From Balanoglossus misakiensis (lineage: Eukaryota; Animalia; Hemichordata), in NCBI GenBank assembly GCA_040954595.2, contig CM082582.2:8390425-8454424 (forward strand): a stretch of DNA of 64,000 nt, in the 5' to 3' direction. Shown one piece after another: positions 25,873 through 64,000 of the stretch. Both the position numbers and the translations under genes were made by a program. Below the pieces are notes generated by a model. The model was not told the DNA's origin, ran no database searches, and was given only the letters and a program-made list of their open reading frames with translations. Position 1 is the stretch's first letter; every line of letters starts with the position of its first letter.

Positions 25873-28800
25873 ACTTCACGACTATAGTGTTTTTTTCAGT
25901 CTTCTAAGCTAAAATAATTTCACCTTTGTAATTTTTTTTGTGTATTACTGCTTCAATATTCGCTAACTTATATAATTAAGTGATTATTTCTCTTTTTCTA
26001 ATACTCCTGTTCATTATTCTAAGCCTTTTATGAAAGATCGAAAGTGGGGTTGCTGGAAGGAGTGAAACGATCTTTTGCTAAGGCACTCAACTGATTCGTC
26101 TGGCACTTATTCCAATATCAATTCTGATCAAATGGGAGCACAGTGTCCTTGACACAATTGTTCTCTTCTTCACTCAAAGCATTCCCATTTGCACCTCTCA
26201 GCTAGCCAGGTCTGTCTTTTCAGGCTGGCAGTCTCTCACCATTCCAGTTCAATAGAGCAAAGCCTCACAGATCAGACAATACAGTTAAACACATTCCATC
26301 TCTCCACTGCATTGCTAACCCCCCCCCCCCCCAAATTTTACCTGCAGAAATATGTGCCACACTAGGTACATCAGCAAATATTGACATAAGATAATCCTAA
26401 ACTGATAACCCAGTAGGGTCCGACTGAAAATTCCACCTTCCCCATACTAGTATATAGTGGCATAATTAGTATCTGTGTTTAGTTTACATTTTCTGACGTT
26501 ACCTACAAATGAATTTGACAGTGAGAACGCATTTTGCAAACTTCGCCGCTAGGCACGTAGAGTCATCACAAACCCTTGGCTCTGATTGGTCGAGTCGAAT
26601 ATTAAAGGTGTGCAAACAAATGTGAGCTCAAATGTAGGTCACTGCAACAGTACGATGCAGTTTGTGTAACTAAGCAACCGAGTGACCTACATCTACAGCA
26701 GTAATACACACATCATTGGGCTTTTTAAGAACCTGTCAGACAGTGTTATGGATGGAAAATATGGCCGTACTAGATTTGCAATGTCATTGCCAAATTGAGC
26801 CAATTTGAAAAATGAACCTGATCTTGGTTGCTTTTAAACGGTTGCCATGGATTCTGTGGAAATGCAAAAAAAAAAAAACACTCCTGGATGTTGAGCCACG
26901 CTGAAGAGCTTCTGTAGATTTGTGTTATTGTGTGCGTGTGTGACGTTACGGCGGTAATATATTTCAGTTTCTGTAGACGGGAGGTCATGCTTGAAGTAGG
27001 TCACCACCTCCTTATTTGCAGGCTGCTGGCAACAGGGTCTCGTCCATTATCATTTTTTCCCCATCTCCAGCAGTGCCACTCACACTAAACATTCACATAC
27101 AGGCCAGGTCAGGTCATAGGTCAATGGGGTGACAGGGCAAAGGTCACCAATTGCATCAGTCACAATTCCAGGCAGAAAAGAGTTCAGATGGTACAAGAGG
27201 GGCCTCTGTGAAGGCCAACAGACCCTCTTAACGTAGAAGTCCCGCAAAATCTACACAGCCAGGTTTCTTTCCCCCACCAAGCGGCAAACATCTACAAGAA
27301 ATAAATGAGTCTGGAGACAGAAATATAATGTTTATGTTGACCATGGCAATCTATCTAATATTTAATGAGGAAAAATAGCAGCATATCTTTTTTTTTCTAC
27401 AGCAATTGTTGTTGATGACATCAAGCAGTTATTTTTTTTTTCTCTCTGCTTGCTGTCTGTGGGTAACTTAGTGGCTGCTAGCTTCGGCGACGTCATCCGG
27501 CGTGACCCATGCACCAACGTGGTGTAGCTGCTAGCTGGCTCAGTTCGGTTGGAGTTTTTGGTGTGATGGTTTTTTTTAGTGTTTTAAATACATACAATAA
27601 GAAATAAAAATAAAAATTCTTCCAATACAAAGCCAGTAAGATAGGAAAGTTGTGTGTGTGTGTGTGCGTGACACATACCAAAGCTAGTTCAGCGCTCACA
27701 TTTCAAACAAGGTGGTGCACAGGTTTTTTCTTCGATTATAAATGCGTGTGAAAGGTGCTAAAAAGATGAACATGAAACGACAATGGCCATGCTGTTGTCA
27801 ACAGGGAAGTGCAACTGTAACCGTTTTTTTTCTCCCTCACTATTATTTGAATTGGGGAAGGGGGATCACCAATCCTTAAAGCTGTAGGCCGCACGAGGTA
27901 CTAGTAGTGAGTGATGGCAAGAAGTGGTGACATCATAGCTTTCTGTGTTCATAGATGACATCACCACTGATGACATCACCGCTTTCTGCCATGGTGGGTA
28001 CAAGTCTTTCATCAAGTACTTCTAGGGTGTCACATTTTAAATATGGAACTTGCCGGTCATTTTTGACGGACCCTGACAATGACTTACACCACACTTTATA
28101 GAAATGGCCCTCAATGCTGCAAGAGGAACTTCCCGAATTTGCTCAAACGGTGCATAAAATACCCAAATTGTGGTTCTTCTACTTCACATACCGATTAAAA
28201 ATATGTTAAAACTTGCTTTCCTTTAAAATCAGAACCGACAGTACCATATACCACACATTCCAACAACACAGAACAGCTAAGATTTTTTGTTAATTTCAGC
28301 TCGCACAAAGCAAGTATGTGCCCTCAACAAATACTTCTAGTACAACTTCCCATCCACCATCTTTTTTTTTCACTCCAAGTTTAAAACAAAACTCTTTTTA
28401 AAAAAAAATATCAGTATGCCTTGCCCTGGCTTTTTGAGAAGATCTGAGTTTGTGCATGTAGGTTTTTTGTTACTTCATCCCCTCCCAGATCTCAGCCATG
28501 GTCTAACTAGCGTATTAAACACAACACAAGGACAACAGCATGGACATTGCCCACACACGATTTACCAAGTCCTCAGGGTTTGTAAATATCATGAATTATA
28601 AACCGGCAGCTCACTCTGGGAAATAAACAACAACAATGCTAAAAACCTTTTCTGTCAGCACATCACAAAACGCCGACAATTCTCAGAGTGGTCATCTCAA
28701 TTGCTGCCAACAGCTCGTCCACAGTTAATTGCACAAAAATATTCAAAACAGAATCATTACCATGTGCGAGTGTTTTTTTTTCCTCTTTAAACTGAAAGAA

Positions 28801-30921
28801 AGTGGTCCCAAAAGGTGCACTACTTTCAGAATAATATAATAATAATAGTTATAATAATAATAATATATAATAAAACTACAAAAAATTGACGTGTAAACAC
28901 TGAACTAACTTTGATTTGATCACTGTCTGGTATGTAAGCATAACTTATTAAAAAGTTTGTGAATGCTACCATGTTAAAGAATAGTCAAAAAATTAAATAC
29001 ATGTACAACTTCATTGCAGAGCTCCTCGCTGTTTTCTCCTCTCTACAATATAAACTGAGGAGGGGGGTGGGGGGTGGGGGGGGAATCATTGAATATTTTT
29101 TTTGTCTCTCTGTCCATCCAGTGTGTTCAGTCTTTTGTCTCTACTGTGTAGATTGTACAATGATCATGCCGCAACACAAAGAGAGACAGACGCTTATTGC
29201 TCGGACCAAAAGAAAATATTAGTCCCAAAAACAATAAACCTGCCAAGTAGAATAAAATATGTTTGCTGCTACAGGTGTTTTTTTTTTCCTCGTTCATTAT
29301 GAAAAAGTTTTCTCAAGCCTAACCTTTCACATTCGCCCTTGAACTTGATATGTGTTCTCCCTCCTCACAATAGAAATGGGCTTCTAAGTACATTGTGTAG
29401 TTGTATTTTTGTCGCTGACTTGGCAGGGGTCCAAACTTGGATCTGTTTAAAAGGGGGGAGCTGGGAGAGGGGAGGGGAGAATGGGGGGCAGATGGTCTCC
29501 ACTATCGGAAAAAGCTACAAATATATCACATGTAAAGTAACAAAAAAATGTGTTTTTAAAACAACATATGCTATGATACAACTTTTTTTCGCTTTTTAAG
29601 AAAGTGTCACAGAGAACATAGCCTGCAACCTACAGAAAAAGAAAAAAAAATTATCGTCTCAAAGGATATGAAAAATTCCACTATTTTTTGTTGTTTTTTT
29701 TTAATCTATCAAATATCAACGGTACAGATACATGTATGAAAACACTATTTCAGGAAAAAACAGCCATAGTTACAAGCGCTCCATTGACAATGTACCACAC
29801 TGTTGCATTGAAAAGGATTCTGACGAGACCTCAGCAAAAGCAGGGGAAAATAGACAGCAAAAATCTGCTTTTTATATAATATAATAACAATAATATTATC
29901 ATCATTAATAAATTGGGGTCAAGGGTCAGGATCACCTAAGTTTTTGTTAAAACCTACCTTTTTAAAACATTTGTCGGTTGTTTAAATTACAATACATATT
30001 TTTTTAAGTATGTTACCTTTTTATAAACCTAATTTAATTGCAAAAAACATTGAACCAGAATTCCTGTTATCTGAGGGGAATCAAAGCAGACTTTTCTTTT
30101 TCTGCGGAAAGAAAAACAAATAGGTTTTTTTCGGATTGTGAAGAAACTGACTACACTGTAATCTCTTTTTCAATTTGTTCTCCTCTCTCTGTAAGCAAGT
30201 TTTTTTTATACAGAAAATCAAGTGAAGAAACTGCAATTGGGTGGGTGGGGGCCAGCCATGGAAATATGCCATGAAGATGTTTTTTGTTACCTTCTTTTTG
30301 CTCACAACAGAAAGGACATTGTTCCTCCATTGATTCACGCAGTCATGACACACAGTACCTATATCCACAGAAAAAGGATTCCTACATACGTTATGAAAAA
30401 AAAAAGAAACAAAAAAAAAGGTTCTGCCTCTTCAGAAAAGCAGTCTTCATCTACTTGGAATTTTGGATTTTTCTTACAAGATTTTTTTTTAACCTTCTTC
30501 CTGACTGGGTAGAATTAACCAAATCAGTTTTTGTGCATGCAAGAAGTGTAGTTAGCCACACTTATGATAAAAGCGGGGAATTTTTTTTTTTTGTCTTTTT
30601 TTTTTCTTCTGTAAGGTTTCTTTCAAACAGTGGTTTGCGTTCGTGAAATTCCCTGTGTAAATTCATAACTGCTGTGAGTGTTGTTTAGTTTTCCCCTACA
30701 CATCATTTCTTTTTTAAAATTTTGTTCCCCGTTGTTGTTTTTTATATCACAAAGTTGAAACTTTGTACACAATAAAGCCCTTCAGTGGTGTGGCCTTTTA
30801 TATCACAGTTTTCCAATCAGACTGGGTTTTTAAGCCACAAATTTAAGAGCTGCAACATTCAAGTATGAATGTGAGGTTAAGAATGTCCCTCCTACGTCGG
30901 TTTTTTAAATGTTGGCTAATA

Positions 30922-60039
<29,118 letters not shown>

Positions 60040-60149
60040 CAGTATAGCTTCAAGCTTCGCGATGAGCGCCTTTCAGCGGCCTCGTTCAGCGAAAATGACA
60101 CCACAAACGAACGTCCAGTGTCCGCAGTATCCACCAGAGTATATCCACG

Positions 60150-60450
60150 AATGATTGGGCGTCAATGGTGGACGTATCCCGTTGGCGTTTTTTGTGATTT
60201 GGAGCCTGTAATTCCCGGCTTATTCAGTACTATTTCCCTCTCAAGGCTGAAAGGACACAGCAACCAACCACACGTCAACTTTGACAAGCAGGCTTAGCTA
60301 GGGTGGGGTAGAGCAAAGCATCCTGGGAAAGCCATTACTCATTTACATAGTATTAGCATTATATTTGCATTTTATACGCATCTCAAATAAGGACGATCAC
60401 GTGATCAAGTGACAAGCCGTGACGTCAGTCACGGCAACTGACGTCATATT
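60150..60450 (-). promoter_or_regulatory. Gs-alpha proximal promoter with CRE pair, E-box, octamer and ZNF143-like sites
   Basis: TGACGTCA at 60420-60427 and 60439-60446; GATCACGTGATC at 60395-60406; ATTTGCAT at 60363-60370; TTCCCAGGATGCTT (minus, 60316-60329); inverted CCAAT at about 60154. Confidence 0.65.
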
Positions 60451-63400
60451 TGCGTCTTCTGTGGGCCTTTTATAGTATTTTTAAATCTCCCTAAATTAAG
60501 AGATGTTTTTTGTTCTGATATTATTTTGGTATTGTTGATATTATTCATGATCAGTTGTCTGTCTCGTTTCTTCAGGTGGCATTCTCTTTCGGTCTACGGA
60601 ATAATATTGTGAAATGTCTGTGATCATGGCCCCTTTTTCGCTGAGGGGCCTTTCAACTGTGAGGGAGTAAAAAAAAAAACTTGCTTCTAAAATTATCCTC
60701 AGCCATTCAACACCTGAGCAGTGATTCTTACCTGTATTCCGATTCCAGCTATTGTTCCCAGCCATATAATACAACACGTGCCGTCGTTATTTCGCGGTAC
60801 ACAGAAAGCTCCCAACATGCCACCCACAGTATTATGACCACATTTTAGCGAAAACATGTTGGCCAATTTATAATGGACTATTGCCAAGGAAGAGAAAAAA
60901 AATTCTTGAAGGTAAGATGTTTTGATGAAATCCTCCGGAAGAGGTGACAATTGGTATTGATTTGGCTTTTGAGGAAGAGAATTCAACCTGGGTACGTGTT
61001 TACCATCCAGACGTAAATATGGACCAAGTTAATCGGTCGGAAAGTGCAAGATACTTCCGACGTATCCGAACACGGGCATGTTTTGACCGACAATTTCAAC
61101 GGTGTCACATTCCGGGAAAATATATTGTTTTTTGCTGAAGAAAATAATATCATACCGACCAAGACTACATTGAATTTCAATGATGTATTTTACAATTTGA
61201 TGATTTTGTTGTACCATATAGGCGCATATTTTAATTTTTATTGCTATGTTCCGGAACTTCTGAAAAAATATGAGGGTATATGTCTGAGTGGCAAGAAAAA
61301 ACTCATCAACCTTAAAGCAAATTAAGCAGCATATAAATTTATAATCAACATTATGAAACAAACAAAATATCCAAAACACTCAATGATTTGAATAAAACTT
61401 TTTAGACGCGAGTGTTTTGTCAGATCCCGTTGTTGGACTCATTATAATAAACAGCCTACTTTGCGCAGACTGTTTCACTAGTTTGCAAGTTACGTTCTCT
61501 TGATAATTGACACCTGAACTAACTCCCTGAAAATAACAACCAATGCAATATTTTCGTGTGTGGACAATGATGCCATTTGCATGAAACTCTATTATTTTAA
61601 TACTCAACCTGAACCATCGAAGTTTTGCCAAACGCCAAAGGAATCCCCTAAATTCCCACGATTGGCTACTGGTCAATTCTGCACTTAGCCCCTTTGCCTG
61701 TAGACAGATTGTTTCGTTTACTTTCTCGTAAGAACAAATGACGTTCAGTTTGACATGGACAATAAACATTACAGATGAGACTTCCCAATTCGTGATAAAG
61801 TTGGAATATTAAAGTTGGTATCGAAAGGGGTACGTGAACAACAGGTTATGTACAAATCATATATCCAATGACCATTCGTACAAACTGATTGGTCCCAATC
61901 CAAAAACCGCACTAATTGGACAAACAAATATGTAGTTCAAAATAGTTCCTATCCATGAATTTGGTACTTTGCTAGCTGATAATTGACTCTAAAATAGTTC
62001 CTATATTCTACTTTCAGTGCTTTAAAGTGCTGACAAATCGAAAAACATGTGTGCGTCTTCACTGTCCTTGTCCCAAGTTTGAAGAAAGTGAGTTCACGTC
62101 TGAATATAATAGTGATACCACACATGAAAAAATACAACAAAATGACAACGAAGCCGTGGGAGGGGGAATTTGAATCATATCATGCTACAAACGTTGCCTT
62201 GCCTTTGTGCCAGCTTTGAAAGAAGTTGTTCTAGGTGAATGAAAATAATCCAGGCAACTTTCTGTCGTATTGCCATCGCGACAGTGGATTATCACGGCCA
62301 CTAGTATTGTGATTCGCAGGCTCCTTGTCAGTGCGTGTTGGCTAGTATGGGAGAGAGAATAGTTGACTGAATGTGGGAGTTAGCACAAAGCCTGATCCGT
62401 TCATGGAAACAAATATTTATTGAAAAATCGATCGAGGCCACTTTCATGCCTTTTCGGTTTGCTAAGAAGACAAGACAGCGTGTATACTCATAGTCGTTTC
62501 CCCTCCCGTCGCTGTCCATTTTGTCTGCTGTGATTCCTTGAAACCACCTGTTGGCCAGGGTCCCGGTGTCTTTGCAAGCACAAATCATGGTTCGCGGCCC
62601 CAACAGTCGACCAGGCCATACCTATTATAGAAAACCCTTTCAGTGATGATTACGAAGTCCACTTAGTAATGACCTCGCACGTTCATGCCCCGAGCGTGTT
62701 CAACAACGAGACCTCCAATGTATCGATTGGTCTTGTCAAACGGTGCGGTCAGTAACCAGGCGGTCATCAACCTTTGCGGTTGACTTTTTGCCATAGTCGC
62801 CAACAGAGGGCGAATGCTCTAATTGCGAGTTGGTTAATGAAAGTTACGTAAAAGAAACAGACTTCCTCTTTATGCAAGGTTAAAGGCCAATATGTGGGTA
62901 CTTCTGACCAAAAAGCGCGCCGAAGGAAGGCCAGATAATATCATGATACAGCCACAGCCATATCTCAATACTGACTATAGACTGAGCAATTTTGTGAATA
63001 ACCCAAGTCAAAGGTGAGACACCAATATACGCCCACGTCTCAAATATCCTTGTTTGAGCCAGTCCTGAAAATAAGTGACTGAGATTTTGCTTTTTGTAAG
63101 TTAAGAGTACGCGGTAGGTAATCAGATATGCCGTTTTTTGTAAACCGAGAAAAATGACACAATTTTCTCCCCAAAACCCCCCGGATTAACGAAAACATTC
63201 CCTTCCCTATGATTTTGAGAACTCGTATGTAGGTACCCATTTCCTCCCTAGTGTTTCTTCACCATTATAACCACTTTCTATGATAGAGTTTCAAGGTTTA
63301 ATCTCATGTCGAATTAAAGCAGAATTCTTGGAAAAGACGATGGCATACTGGCAATTCACCGAATTTCGTGATTGAACCCGAATACCAATATGACACGTGA

Positions 63401-64000
63401 TCTAGCCCGGGGGTGTAAACGCCGGGAAATTACAAAGAAAATGGACGGTTAAGTAGTAATATATACACCAACTATACTTTCGGTAATATCAAAAACAGCA
63501 TTACCTTTTCAATAAAAACTGAGTTCCTGTTTTGCAACAAAACAGTTATCAGTCTCCTATGATGTTTCCTTGAACGTGACAATTCAGCTTATATTATGCG
63601 CAAAAAACTATCAGGTTCAATACCCCAAGACCAAATTGTGATGGTGTCATCATTTTTTCCGTCCTCCTGGAAATCAAACTTTCTCTAAACTTTAACTTCT
63701 TGTAGTTTTCGTTTTCTTTGTAAGGTGACGTATTTAATAAGATTCATTCCCAACGATAAGTTTGACATGATTGACAGCTATATCCGCAATTCGCTCTTCC
63801 AACTAGGTTTACTACAGGTTGCCGTAACCTACATATTATACCCTGGCGCTGTATATCGCCTCTGTGATTATGGTCGCGCAGGAGTCGAGATTTATTCTTT
63901 TGAAGATATATTTATAAAATACTGATCATATATCTATTGATATTCGTATTTTTCACATGCTCTCGAAATTAACGAGCGTACAAGCGCCAGGTTATAGTGT

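Noticed and set aside
60900-64000. Possible further TTAA-AG... transposon ends (61312, 62880) and ORF 62328-62603
   Set aside because: Only very short or unmatched terminal repeats, no recognisable protein family, and no XL/NESP-like alternative first exon ending in LLLLG.

Overview
Eukaryotic, intron-rich, AT-rich genomic DNA from an invertebrate animal. The Gs-alpha N-terminus [12 protein letters not shown] and the abundant TACATGTA suggest a hemichordate/echinoderm-type deuterostome (inference). Genes reconstructed by hand: two tandem PPP1R3-type glycogen-targeting PP1 subunits with CBM21 domains (one cut by the window start); a two-coding-exon NEURL2-like gene (NHR + SOCS box, minus strand) head-to-head with an 11-exon SEH1L (with one GC-AG intron); and a convergent 12-exon Gs-alpha gene (GNAS/GNAL orthologue, 379 aa, minus strand) with a 22.3-kb fifth intron. 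Non-autonomous DNA transposons are present (a Kolobok-like 986-bp element and three copies of a TTAA-CCC...GGG-TTAA MITE), plus several foldback hairpins. Most notable leads: the Gs-alpha promoter has two perfect CRE palindromes, and its giant intron is rich in RFX X-boxes, internal-promoter-like patches and short ATG-to-donor segments in frame with exon 6 (candidate N-truncated Gs-alpha isoforms). Most short ORFs in the six-frame track are judged spurious.
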